Origin: Eledone cirrhosa
Taxonomy: Eukaryota
Assembly: GCA_964016885.1 (NCBI GenBank)
Contig: OZ024743.1
Span: 152,706,001-152,770,000 of the forward strand
Length of the DNA: 64,000 bases
Reading direction: 5' to 3'
Shown piece by piece: positions 12,485 to 25,380 of the stretch. Numbering within the stretch: position 1 is the stretch's first letter; each line of letters begins with the position of its first letter. A model generated the notes under the pieces. The model did no database searches and had not been told where the DNA came from. It worked only from the letters and a program-made list of their open reading frames with translations. Made by a program: the position numbers and the translations under genes.

Positions 12485-14880
12485 ACTTGATTGACATCTA
12501 GTGAGGGTTAACCATGCCTCATGACTCGGAAGGGGTCTTTAACTTTGGTTGGCAGCCTTCCCAGTAATGGTGTCCATGATAAACACTGGTTGTGGTGCAT
12601 CCTAAAAAATGCTAAAATACCTCTTAGAAGTGAAAATGTCAAACAATAGTTTAAGTAGTAATAGTGTAAACAGGACTGGAACCAATTGTGAAATTTTCTT
12701 ACCCAGTATGTGTCCCACTGTGCAGTAGGGTGGGTCCAGTTGTAGTTTGACTACTGCTAGCTGTTAAATAGAAGCAAAAATGGAGTAAACAGATTAACAC
12801 CATCATTATTACCAAAGCAATCCAATTGATGACAATGGTGTACCAGTTTGACGTTCTTGAATCAGATTGTTCAATGAATGGAAAATGAGAGGGATGTTTG
12901 ATACTATGGAACAGGGAATTTATGACCAGTCAAGGGCAATTAGAAAGAATGAATGGTTGTCAGATGTAAAACTTGAAGCAATAAAATAAAAAATAGCTGC
13001 TGAAAATATACATGATAATGCTAAAGAGGTTGAAGTGCAAGAGGCTGAACAGTGTTATGAAGTAGGGGCAATGCAGCCTGATGAAGCTGAAGAAGAAATG
13101 ATTGTAATTGTGAATATGAGTGGAATTAGTTTTATTGTCAGAATATTGAAATAAAGAATGTGATGACTGCAGATGATCAAAATATTTTTGACTGATTGAT
13201 GGAATTGATAAATTCCCATCAGGAAGATTTATGTGATTTCAAGAAAGCTGACCAGTGGAGGTTTAACCAAGAAATGCCAAAATTAAATAAACTGATGAAA
13301 TATGTGAGATGGCAGAAACCAACTGCCTTATCAAGGGGACAATTAGAATTGATGCAAAACCTTTAAAAGTCAAAACTAGCAAAGATCCCTGGTGGAAAAG
13401 AAAAAAGAAGAATTCTTCGAAATATAGACAGACTTGTTGCTGATATTGCATTATTTGAAAGGAAAAGGATGAATGAGCTGAGAAATAATTATATTATAAA
13501 TATAAATTATACAGGATATATGGTATGGACAAAAAATGCTTCAATATTGTAATAGAAAAACTGAAACAGCATATTTTGGCAAAGAGAGGGAAAATAAAGA
13601 GATATGATCAACAGATAAAAACAGTATAGACAAAACAGGCTTCTCTAGGTTAATCAGAAAATGTAAATGAGAAAACAAGCAATGAAAGAGTTATATTAGA
13701 TGCAGAAGAGAAGTAGACGTTTTGGAGTGTGGTATGGATTAAGGCAAAAGTGCATGATGCTAATGAAGAGTAGCTGCGAAATTTGAAAGAATCTGTGTCT
13801 TGCTCAACACAGGAAGAAATTTGAATCACTAAAAAAGTATTTCACAGATAAGCAGAAAGACGAGTAAGGCTACCAGCACCATACCTCAATAATTCAACTT
13901 CCTAAGGATTAATTGCTTGAAACTTATTCCTACCAATTGATTTTGATCACAGCACCAGCATTTATCTTTGCACATACTCTTAGGTAAAAACCTTTTTCAT
14001 TTCTACCTCCATAAACTCACCAATCTTACCTATACCCAAGTATTTGTACCTCATCATGTCTCCCAAAGGTTTTCTATGCCATCCATATTATGCACATTTC
14101 TTTTTGAGATCATTATTCCACTCTTTTTTTTTAGTGCAAATTCCATTCTTATGTCAGAACTGAAACAATGAACTATGTTCAATAATAAACAGATTTGTGT
14201 TTAATCTTTACCATAAATAAGAATTGATTGAATTGCTGTTTTCCGTTAAATTCATACCCAACTTGCACGTTTTTAAGCAACAATGTTAATGCAACAACAA
14301 AGGAGACAACCTGCCTCCTGGGAAAATTCCTCTCTTGATTCTAACCATCCCAGGTTCTGTCTATATGATATGAGCTCAGTTTTCCAGTTTCTCATGCTTT
14401 TTCTCAGAAAACTCTCAGTATTCCCCACTATTGGAAATAACAAATATAAAATCTTATAGGATTTCATGATTCAATGTAACCATGAATTTCTTCACCAGTG
14501 AAAAAGAGATTGCGATAATAAACAAGGAAATGAGAAATTGTATAATTATAGATACTGCCCGCCCTGGAATCAACAGAATGGTTGAGAAAGAAGATAAAAA
14601 GCTGGATCATTATGACAACTTAAAATGGGGATTATACAAACAATGAAGAAAGTGGGAGTTATTCCCATTGTTAGAGTTGCCCAGTATTGAATTTCCTAAG
14701 CAGATAGAGAAGATTAGCATCAATTTTAAGGTAAGACACCTACACAAAACAACATCTCTTGAGATTGTTCAGATATTTACAGAGTCCTCGAATCATGGAT
14801 AGAATGTACCCCCTCAGTTCATTGGTTGTGAACAGCTAATACTTGGATTTCATCATCGACAAATTTGCTGTACAGATGAT
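12485..14880 (+). mobile_element. R4/Dong LINE remnant with inverted internal RT segment (~13870-14460)
   Basis: Plus-strand N-terminus homologous to 5300-6050; minus-strand RIKRGIF...LSPLL segment; plus-strand endonuclease end. Confidence 0.7.
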
Positions 14881-15061
14881 AATAATAAATGTTTCTACTT
14901 TCATCAATTTGAGGCAAGGGATTATATCATCCCCATAACTTTTATGGTATTTATTTTATTGACCTCACAATTATGAAAGGCAAAGTTGACCTCGGCAAGA
15001 TTTTAACTTAGAATATAACATTATATAAAGTAAAAAAAGCTCCTATAGGTGCAGCTGATTG

Positions 15062-15340
15062 CGGAGGCATATGGCCTAGGGTGTTGAACTTATGATCATA
15101 ATGTTGTGGGTTCAATTCCTGAGCTGGGTTGTGTGTTGTGTTTTTGAGCAAAACATTCCATTTCACATTGCTCCAATATACTCAACTGAAAATGAGTACT
15201 AACAATAGCTGGGGATTTAACTCTGCGATGGACTGGCATCCTGTCCAGGGGGAAGTCTTGTACAGTTGCTTCACACCATAAAACTGGGACAAGCACTGGC
15301 CTGACATGTCTCCTGGCTTGAGACAGACTTTAGACTAAAG
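15062..15340 (+). mobile_element. tRNA-derived SINE, second family
   Basis: A-box-like tggcctag and B box gggttcaattcc; related copies at ~32885-33010, 35620-35910 (-) and 47281-47600. Confidence 0.75.
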
Positions 15341-16749
15341 ATTAGTTATTGGTACAGCTGAGATCCTATGTAAGACACTTTCAGTTCAATAGCACACCTT
15401 AAACAATACATTCTCTGCACACATCACACACTATATACAATAAAATACACAACATACACACTACTATATATCCAAGATATAACACCAACTGCTCAAACAA
15501 CTTACATACTACAGAGATGCAACCAATTATTGCTACAGAAACCATACACACAATCTTCCCCTGACACTGAGACACATAATATCAATTACACAGCACATAG
15601 AAATATATTCACCGCCTAACAAAATAATATAATTCATATTGATTTTCATCACTGTTTAACATCTATTTTCCATGTTTGTATGGGTTAGATGGCTGTCATG
15701 TAGTGAGGTCAGACTCACTACATGACTACATCATGCTTTGTTTTAGTTTGGTTTCTATAGCTGAATATTCTTCCTAACCCCAACCACTTTAAAGAGTGTG
15801 CTGGGAGAATTGTATTATACATTCAGGACTACCACCTTGTGGGGTGAACTGTTTTTTATTGTGGAAGCACCATTACCACCTTACAGCGTCGACTGGGTGC
15901 TTTTATAGTCACACCAGCACTATTTCATTACTGCACGGGTCATGCTGGGGGGGGGGGGTACTGGCATTGCATTGCTTTGCTGGAAAAGGGGAGGGGACAA
16001 TATGCTGTCTAGCTTCCCTTAGAGGCCTAAAAGGGATCGTTTATTTATTGTTGCTTGTGGCAACTGTTTGGATGGGTAGTTTCAGTCATTTTGGGCTGTG
16101 CGAGGCTTTCGTGGATTGGGGAATATTTTAAATAACAGATGAATTATTAAAATAACTCCAGAAACAATAAACTAAACCTCATAACAGCAAAACTGATGTA
16201 GTGTATTAACATGGATCTCCATCCTCCTCTCACCAAAAAAAAGAAAAAACTAAAAACAATGCTGTATCCATCACAGGAACGTAGTGATGCATTTTTTGAT
16301 GTAGTAGAAAGTTATATGAAACTGTTAAAAATATAATGACGATAGAAATTGTATAGGAATGTAACTATAGTGATGAGTATTCTGCAAAAATATGATTCTA
16401 TAAACCTGGCAAGCTGGCTTTCATATATACAAAATAGGTTGGATTAATTGACATGATATTCTATCTCTTGTTGAAAAATATGTAATGAATTTAATATTCT
16501 AAACAAGTAAATGGTAAAAGAAACCAAAGCTTGTATTTAAAATAGAATATTAAAAAACTGTCATTTTCCAAGATATTCCAAGTACACACAAAGCAATGTG
16601 AGCTAACTTTTATGGTATAGTCATAAAAGGGAAAAACTATAGAGGGTCTGTATATTGATTGATGTGCTTTACTCAAGTGTAAAAATCATCTCAAATATGG
16701 TTGAAAACTATCCAAATACAAAGATCTAGAAAAGGAAAAAAAAATGTTA

Positions 16750-17075
16750 TGTAAAATATATACATGAATGGCAAGCATGGGTTGGCTAAGAAAAAAATTG
16801 GGTATAAGAGGAATGAAATGCAGTGTGCAAAAGAGATTGCATTACTATGGACATATGATGCATATGGATGATGATTTTAAGGTAAAGAAGTGCCAGGAGT
16901 CCCTAGCAGAAGGCAACTACAGTAATAGAAGGCCAAAGCAGACATGGGCAGAAGTGGTGTGAGTGGATCTTAAAACACTGAAAGTGACAGGAGATCACAA
17001 AGCAATACAGGGAAGCTATGCTTGAAAATACCTTTCCTAGCCATTCTAGTATGGAAAAGTGGATGTAAAGAGATG
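16750..17075 (+). mobile_element. RTE LINE 3' fragment
   Basis: RLHYYGHMMHM...RRPKQTW, a typical RTE C-terminus. Confidence 0.75.
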
Positions 17076-17228
17076 ATGTTATGATAATGATATTTCGGGT
17101 ATAAGAAAGAGACCTATGACTATCAAAGAAAGCCAAAATAAGTTAAAGTCATTCAATCAGTTTATAAATGAGATCCCAAAATAATGCTCTTGAAAAAATT
17201 TATTAATCTTATTATTATTGTGTAAATG

Positions 17229-17411
17229 GGGGTGGATTGGCAGTATTGGTAGAGGGTCGGACGCCATGCTTTCCAGCATAGTTACGACTCTTTGCAGTCT
17301 GAGTTCAAATCCTGCCGAGGTTAACTTTGCCTTTCATCCTTACGGGGTCGATAAAATAAAGTACCAGTAATGTACTGGGTTATTGATGGCCTTGTGCCAA
17401 AAGTAGAAACA
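17229..17411 (+). mobile_element. Full-length tRNA-derived SINE with 18-bp TSD
   Basis: A box TGGCAGTATTGG, B box GAGTTCAAATCC; ATTATTATTGTGTAAATG at 17211-17228 and 17412-17429. Confidence 0.92.
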
Positions 17412-18384
17412 ATTATTATTGTGTAAATGTATCTTGATGAAGTTATTAAAAAACAATAATGGATTCTAATTTAGACACAAGACCAACAATTTATGATGAG
17501 AGGAAAGTCAATGATATCAACCCCAGTATATGACTGATATTTTAATTTATCAACACCAGCAATCTTAAAAGGCTAAGTTGACCTTGGAGGGATTTCACCT
17601 TAGAATGAAAAGGCCATGGCTAAATGTTACAAAACATTTTGTCCAATGTTCTAATGATTCTGATAATCCACTGTTCTCAGATCTGAAAATAATAATAATA
17701 ATGATTTCCAGCATAGGGACAATATCCCCCATTCAACCTTATAGTGCTGAATCAAGCAATACAGCTTTTGCATTTATTCTCCAAGAAGTGGTCAAGTGCA
17801 GTTCTCACTGCTAATATTTTGGCCTCAAATTCCTTTATAAAAGCATCCTTTGTGTCTAATACTTTCTATTGATATTTCTTTACTATACCTTACCAATTTT
17901 TCACTAACTTTCCTTTTCAAGATCACCCGCTATCTGTTGTCTATGATTGCTCACACCTATTCCTGTTTAACTAGACCTCCAATCCATATTCAGCTTTAAA
18001 GCTACCTCTCTAATGACATGTTCAGCTTTAAAAGCAGCTCTGTCTTTATCTATATTGACTGTACAGGTCACGACTTGCCATTGGATCATTGATGCCCATG
18101 AAACTCAGAGCACTACATTGACTACTATACACATCTAGCATGACTGATCAGCCATGTGGGTTCTAAAATATCATCCTTACATTGCGACACCAGCTTTTCC
18201 TAAACAGCTTGGCTTAACCAAAATAACTGTGCACTTCTTAGTCAGTTGGGGTAAGTGCCAGTGACTGTCAGATGGTTGCTTCCAGATATCATCCAAGCCA
18301 CAAACAATCAAACATCCAATCTTTAATTCTGTCATCATTGCAGTTGATAAAATGACATTAAAAATGAGCTGGGATGATAAGGGA

Positions 18385-19112
18385 AAAGTTATCTTGAGCT
18401 TGGGTTTTCTTTAGAACTCCCAATAATAGCTATAATATGTCAGGGTTTTGACTCGTCAATGAATTTCCCTACATCATCTCTAAGGGGTTGTTTTATCCAT
18501 TGATAGACTGGGCTTGTTATAATCTCACACACACACAAATATTAACTCGTGGATTATGGATTAATCCTTTAATTTCCTCTCCGACTAATGCTATATTTGA
18601 TCTATTTTTATCTTTAGGTGCTGTTGCGTTCTTGTGGTCAACAGAATATTTGAGGAACTTTAAGTGTACCCATCTTTCTGTGAATGGTTTCATTCTTCTT
18701 TATCTTTAACCTTAATTGGTGCCTTTAGGATACCATTTTACTTTCAGCCACACCTGGTTTTCACATGTTCCTAGGTTTCATTTCCATCCAAATTTTACAA
18801 ATTGATATTTTCATGGGAATTGTTGAAGTGAGCTTTCCTCTCTGTTTTTTCATGTTCACGAGTTTAAGTAGCGCACAAGTTATCTATTTACAGTTGAAAT
18901 CTCTAAATACAAATTCTATTCTGATAGTTTCTCCTATCACATCTCACCTATAGAATTATCTTCTAGATTCTTGCAAAACTTCAAATGTGACATCAATCAT
19001 GAATTTTCTCCTTGAATTATATTCTCTCTGTATTGTCCTTTTCCTGTCTCACTAAGTCCTTTTATTTTAGTAGCTTTATTGCCTTGCTTGGGGTCTAGAT
19101 GACACCTCCATG
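18385..19112 (-). mobile_element. Highly degraded R4/Dong-like LINE, apparently continuing at ~25777-25960 beyond Gypsy A
   Basis: Weak similarity to the other R4 copies on both sides of the LTR element. Confidence 0.45.
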
Positions 19113-20033
19113 GCTTGTGTTGTAGGGAAAAACCCTGGACACACCTGCGTAACTAAAAGTAGAGTAGGCGAAATGTTTATAGATGATAACAGAAGTGAAC
19201 TATCAGTAGATTGTGTATATGGAGTTTCATTGTAGTGATCTCGTTGGTAGTTCGAAATTACGTCTGGTGAATACTTTAGTTTTACCTTCGTTTGTACAAA
19301 TATACTAACAGGTTTAGTGAGTTGGACCCAGGGTTACTTACTCCAGTAAGCACCACCGGATCCCAACTACTAAATTTAATAGAAATAAGATATAGTAGAA
19401 TTTTTCATACAATTTCTTTTTGTAAGAATTATCTCTCACTACATAGTAATAACTGAGGCATGATAAGCTTCTCAAAACGAGTATCAAAATAACTTGGGTT
19501 TATTGTAGTCCGTGTATTACAAATGTGGTAAACAAATGTGCCTCGTGACATGACAAAGTATAATCCTGAATTATAAGATATGGTTGAAAAAAGGTTAGCG
19601 TGCTTGCGCTGGATGTGGCCAGTGTGAGAGGTGCCGCCAAAAGAGAGTAAGTGAGCAAGAGAGATCGAGTGACGTCAGCACACCCCCTTATATACTGGCC
19701 ACGGGGAAGTAACTCCAGTTAGTTTTTTCTCCTCGTGCAAGGTGTGGCTAGTCGCTATAAGGCTCTCCTCCAGACGATAGTCGATAATAACCGTAAAGTC
19801 ATTGTAGCGAGGAGCCGTGGAATAAGGAGCAAGCAAAACAAAAGGTACATAAATTACAATGGTTTGCAACAGAAACAAAGTATGAAATAAGCATGCAGAA
19901 AAATGTAACTGGAACAATACAATTGAAAACAGTACAAAGGATCAAGGAAAATAGTGCTCAAAATAAGTTCAAAATTTTTCAAAGTCAAATAGTTAATGCC
20001 ACTAGGGGTTAGATGTATATTGTTTTTGAGAGT

Positions 20034-23000
20034 TTACGTGGCCATATTACTGTCCTGCCACTTCGTGTGACATAAGGTTGTGTGGTATGTGGTGTTTGCG
20101 GTGGAGGTGAAGGTGTTGGTGTGGGAGAGTATGTCAGGCAATGATGTGAGACTTTCAGAGAAAGCCTTCTTTGCTCTGTCAACGGATATTATCTCTTTTC
20201 GACCATTGACAGCCGCTGTAAAGTGTTTTGGTGTGTGCGAAAGCACACGAAAAGGACCTTTATAAGGTGACGTAAGTGGTTCCTTGACGGAATCATTCCG
20301 TATAAATAATATGTGTCCACGTAGAAATGTCCGATGGGACAGCAGAAGAAATAGACTGGTCACGAGGGTTCATTGGTGGAAGATCCGAGAAATACGAACG
20401 AATCCTGGTGGCATATGATGCTGGGTCAAGATACGATGAATCCACTGGTGCTAACATTTGTCCAGGAAGAGTCAATGTGATACCATAAAGAAGTTCAGCA
20501 GAAGAAAAACCCAAATCTGTCTTAATGGCAGAACGACAACCAAGAAGCACAATTGGCAAAAATTCGGTCCAGCGTTGCGGATCAGAAGTAGCGCGAAGTG
20601 CAGCTTTCAACTGTCTGTGACACCTCTCTACCATTCAATTTGAGGCTGAGTGATAGCTGGTCGTATGAATGTGATGAGCACCCAAGAGTCGTGATATTTC
20701 ACGAAATAAGGAAGCTTCGAACTGTCGTCCTCGATCCGTGGTTATTTTAGAAGGAACACCAAAGCGAGCAATCCAATTGGAAATGAAAGCTCGGGCAACG
20801 GACTCTGCTGTTATGTCCACTAGGGGTATGGCTTCAGGCCACCGAGAGAAACGATCGATACAGGTCAATATATATGTGAACCCACGACTAACGGGCCATG
20901 GACCAACAATATCCATATGAATATGACGGAAAAGTGCGTCTGGCGGGCTGAATTTCCCAAGAGGAGCGCGGACATCCCGATAAATCTTGGAGCGCTGACA
21001 TTTTAAATAAGAGCGTGCCCCACCGGTGATTGAACGACGTATATTAGGCCAGAAAAATTGGGCTGTGATGAGATTCACCGTGGCAGCTATGCCGGGATGC
21101 GACAAGGAATGAAGTGCATCAAAAACGGTATGTTGATGGCAATCTGGAACAAGTGGTCTGGGTGAGCCAGTAGAAATACCGCAAAGAATTTTTCCTTCAG
21201 CAGATGGAAGAGGTAAATATTCAAATTTACAGCAGGAGAACTGGTCAGATAAAATGTCCAACGAATCCAAATTAGGTTGGCAACCAAATTGATATGTGCA
21301 GGAGACGCAAGAGAACACACAAAGTCGAGATAGTGCGTCCGCGAGTATGTTGGCAGCTCCAGCTATATGACGAATGTCACTGGTATACTGGGAGATGAAA
21401 TCCAAATGTCTGTATTCCCTCGGAGAGTATCTGTCGGACTTGGTTTGAAGAGCGAATGTGAGTGGTTTATGGTCTGGGAATACCGTGAACTCCCGACCTT
21501 CAAGAAGATGGTGGAAGTGTCTCACAGCAAGATAAACTGCTAGAAGCTCTCTGTCAAAAGTACTGTAACGTTGCTCTACTGGTTTTAGTTGGCGTGAGAA
21601 AAACGCCAGTGGTTGAAGCTGGTGGTCGATCGCATGTTGCAAAACTGTTCCAACAGCATGATCGGATGCATCAACAGTTAAAGAAAGTTTGGCGTTTGCA
21701 ACAGGATGGGCGAGGAAAGTAACTTCAGCTATCGCAGACTTGACGGATTCAAAAGACCGCAAAGCATCAGCAGAAAATGAAATAAGAGCATCTTTCTTTT
21801 TCGCAGCCTTTAAAAACTGTGTCAAGGGGAACATCTTGTCTGCACAGTTAGGAATGAAGCGACGATAAAAGTTAATTAATCCCAAGAAATGACGTAATTG
21901 TTTCAGGGAGGTGGGTGTTGCAATACGCTGAATCGCTTCTACCTTAGATGGCAGAGGTCGAATGCCTTCTGAATCTATAAGATGTCCTAGGAATTCCAGT
22001 GAATCTGTACCAAACACATATTTAGCTGCGTTGATTCTGACTTGGTACGATCGAAGACGTTGAAATAACTGGGATAGATGTTGATGGTGTTCAGCTGGCT
22101 GTGTCACTGGCTATCAGGAGATCATCCACGTAAGCAAACACGAAATCCAATCCACGCGTCACTTCATCGATAAAACGCCGGAACGTACAAGAAGCATTCC
22201 GCAAACCAAAAGGCATGGACAGGAATTCAAATAAACCAAAGGGGGTGGTCACAGCTGTTTTTGGTATATCCTCTGGATTCATGGGTATCTGGTGGTATGC
22301 ACGTATTAGATCTATTTTGAAAAATATCTTGCATCCATGCAGAACGGATGAAAAATCCTGTAAATTTGGTAGAGGATAACGGTCCGGCGTGGTGATGGCA
22401 TTAAGTCGTCGATAATCTCCCACAGGTCTAAAATCCGCTTCACCCTTACGAGCCAAGTGAAGCGGAGATGCCCATGGGCTGGTGGACGGTCATATAAAAC
22501 CGAGCTGGAGCATGTGCTCGAACTCGTTTCGTGCTTTTTTTAGTCTATCCGGAGCCAACCTTCGTGGACGAGAGAAAACAAGTGAACCAGTTGTTGTAAC
22601 GAAGTGTTGAGTCGAGTCGGCTGCCTGAGTAGGTTTAAATGAAATATTCGTTAACTCGGGGAAACGAAGTAAGGAGTGCATGCAACTGGTTTCAGCGGCA
22701 GCCACAAAAAATGACGGACTGACAGCAGTAGTGGTAGATTTACGAGTAGGCGTAGATAAGGATGTGGTACTATCCACAAGTTTCTGGTTCCTGACATCTA
22801 CCAAAAGTGAATAGTGCTGTAAGAAATCCGCACCGAGAATAGGATGAGTTAGGTCGGCAATGACAAAAATCCATTTGAAATCTCGACGCAAAGCTAGGTC
22901 CAATGATAAAGATATCTGTCCATAAGTTTTTATAGGAGACTGGTTTACTGCATACAAGGAAATACCGAAAACAGTTGGCTTGATAGAGTTGAACTGTAAG

Positions 23001-23035
23001 AGCCAAATACTGCAACTAGATCTTGTGTCCACCAT
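20034..23035 (-). pseudogene. pol: Gypsy B pol (protease, RT, RNase H, integrase), disrupted
   Basis: VDTRS (from DTGS), YVDD, TVDASD..ELLAVY, H-H zinc finger, MDIVGP, TDRGRQF, GMVER, GPF; split over five ORFs. Confidence 0.95.
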
Positions 23036-23071
23036 AAATGATCTGTTCGAGACTCAGACTCTGATAAAGAA

Positions 23072-23137
23072 AGCACGATAAGGTGAATTAATGAGGGAGA
23101 GATCTGCCGTGCCCAGACTCTCCAATTTTAGTTTTCC
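23072..23137 (-). promoter_or_regulatory. -1 programmed ribosomal frameshift signal (slippery site plus H-type pseudoknot)
   Basis: G GAA AAC before the gag stop, 7-nt spacer, stem GGAGAGTCTG/CAGA(T)CTCTCC, loop GGCACG pairing with downstream CGTGCT; the -1 frame leads into MVDT of pol with one TGA. Confidence 0.8.
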
Positions 23138-23640
23138 GGTGTCTCGAAAGAGCAGGGCTGAATACAATGTTTCGCCTTTTCACGAAAACGCATGTGATAC
23201 CAACACAAAGACGAGTTGTTGGCGGGGAGGTTGGCGGGACGGTGAAAGGAAGAAGACCGACTTCGTGAACGCCGTCTAGATGGCGTTCGATCCATATATA
23301 ATTTAGCGACTTGCCTAGTTAGCGCATCAATGGCTCTCAACATAGAGTCCTCACGAGCTGAAACAGGCTGGGTTTTGAAAGCAGAAGAAGCGATGACCGA
23401 ATCTGCCGAGGCAGGTTTCCTAGAAAACTCCACAATTCTGTCCGCAGAGGCAGCAATTTGTTCTATCGAACTGGTGTCAACCATATTCGCCAATATGGTT
23501 TGCACATTAGTTGGCAAACGGGAGAAGAATAACTTTTTTACGAGGGAATTAAAATACGCATCGAGTTGGGCGAACCACAATTTGGCATCGCCAGAATACA
23601 CTGATAACGATGTGTTGCTCATGATGAAATTTGGTCGAGA
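23128..23640 (-). pseudogene. gag: Gypsy B gag (internally shortened)
   Basis: DAKLWFAQLDAYF and LCWYHMRFREKAKHCIQPC motifs. Confidence 0.88.
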
Positions 23641-23737
23641 GAGATGATTTTTTTTTTCAAAACGTCGGGAGAAATTATATATTCAAACGTTGGTAGAAAT
23701 TAATTGTTCAGACGTCGATAGAAATTATATGTTCAAA

Positions 23738-23748
23738 CGGGGTCACCA
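23738..23748 (-). promoter_or_regulatory. Primer-binding site, tRNA-Trp type
   Basis: TGGTGACCCCG 2 nt after the 5' LTR; matches the first 11 nt of the tRNA-Trp PBS TGGTGACCCCGACGTGAT. Confidence 0.8.
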
Positions 23749-24265
23749 CTTTTAGTGAGTTGGTCCCAGGGTTACTTACTCCAGTAAGCACCACCGAATC
23801 CCAACTACTAAATTTAATAGAAATAATATATAGAATTTTTCATACAATTTCTTTTTGTGAGAATTATCTCTCACTACATTTGAATAACTGAGGCATGATA
23901 AGCTTCTCAAAACGAGTATCAAAATAATTTGGGTTTATTGTAGTCCGTGTATTACAAATGTGGTAAACAAATGTGCCTCGTGGCATGACAAGGTATAATC
24001 CTGAATTATAAGATATGGTTGAAAAAGGGTTAGCATGCTTGCACTCGATGTGACCAGTTTGAGAGGCGCCGCCAAAAGAGAGTAAGCGAGCAAGAGAGAT
24101 CGAGTGACGTCAGCACACTCCCTTATATACTGGCCACGGAGAAGTAACTCCAATTAGTTTTTTCTCCACAGGTATGACACTCCATTAAAACAGTGACAAC
24201 GAGTAATTCGAAGCTTAAGTTGGAATGAATATTTTTGGTAAAAGCAAAAGAAAACCCTCCTTAAT

Positions 24266-25380
24266 ATGGAAGATTTACTAGCCCAAGTGGTACAGTTGCA
24301 ACAACAACAACAACGAATTAATACTGAAGAAAACGGAAAATACGTCGAGTTTGTTCACCCTGGACGCTGTGGCAAACTCAATAGGAGAATTCGCATATAA
24401 CCCAGATGAGGGCATTACCTTCCCCGCTTACTTTAGAAGATATAGGGGGAATTTTCGGAGAAGAATGCAGCGGCTGGGAAGACGAATTATGTTTAGAAAG
24501 TTGGCACCAGTCGAACATGAAAAATACTGCAACTATATACTACCGATATGTTTTTAGGAAACCAACATCCTGTCAAAAGTTTTTAGCGAGAACAGTTCTT
24601 TAACACTCGTTGGCAGTTTATGAATCTGGCGAAAAAAGAGGACGAAGATTTTGTCACGTATGCTGGGATCGTGAACAAGGAATGCAAAAGGTTTAAACTT
24701 AACGAACTAACCCCAGAGTTGTTTAAACGCTTAATTTTCATGTAAGGGTTAACTGCAAGAAAAGATGCAGAAATTCGTACCATAATTCTGACAAAATTAG
24801 AGCAGAATCAGAACTTAACATTAATGTCAGAGAATTATAAATCTGAGACGCGATACACAAAGACTCGAAGAGAGACTGCTCTCATAAATAGTCTGAGTAA
24901 CCTAAAGTAAAAAAACGAAAAACAAAAATTAATCCAAGTTTTGGATGTGGAGGATTACACTTCGGATACGATTGTCCTTTCAAAATCTTAAAGTGCTTCG
25001 AGTGTGGGAGAATAGAACATAAAAAAAATCACACTGCAAAACAAAACCTAGAAATAGGTTCAACGTTATCGGCGGGAAAAATTAACGAGACTCAAAGGAA
25101 ATTTCTGTATGTAAAAGTTAATGTGAATGTTAAATTGCAGTGAGGCACAAGTAACAACATTACTATAATCAATGAAGATACATGGAAAGCAACCAGGAAA
25201 CTTACATTAAATAAAATCTTGGAGATTGCACGTGGCGTCTCGGGGGAAGAGATTATTTTTTTAAAGGCGAAATATTAAGTAACGTTACATTTCATGGCAA
25301 GACCGTAAACGCTAAAATTTTTGTATTAAGAAATACAACAAATCTTTTTGGCACTGACTGGATGGAGCTGTGAGACGTAT
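24266..25380 (+). pseudogene. gag: Gypsy A gag-protease remnant
   Basis: EFAYNPDEGITFPAYFRRY, EHEKYCNYILP, two CCHC-like knuckles near 24935-25035, NLFGTDWM. Confidence 0.8.

Larger units (their letters stand above)
19313..24167 (-). mobile_element. Gypsy LTR retrotransposon B, near-complete
   Basis: LTRs 19313-19759 and 23751-24167; TSD acagg at 19308-19312 and 24168-24172; PPT 19761-19771; gag and pol in Gypsy order. Confidence 0.95.

Noticed and set aside
13078-13100. CTGATGA...GAAA match (isolated CTGATGA also at ~33644 and ~34804)
   Set aside because: No stems; chance matches in LINE coding or unique sequence.
17229-17320. tRNA gene
   Set aside because: A and B boxes belong to a SINE head with tail and TSD; no complete cloverleaf.
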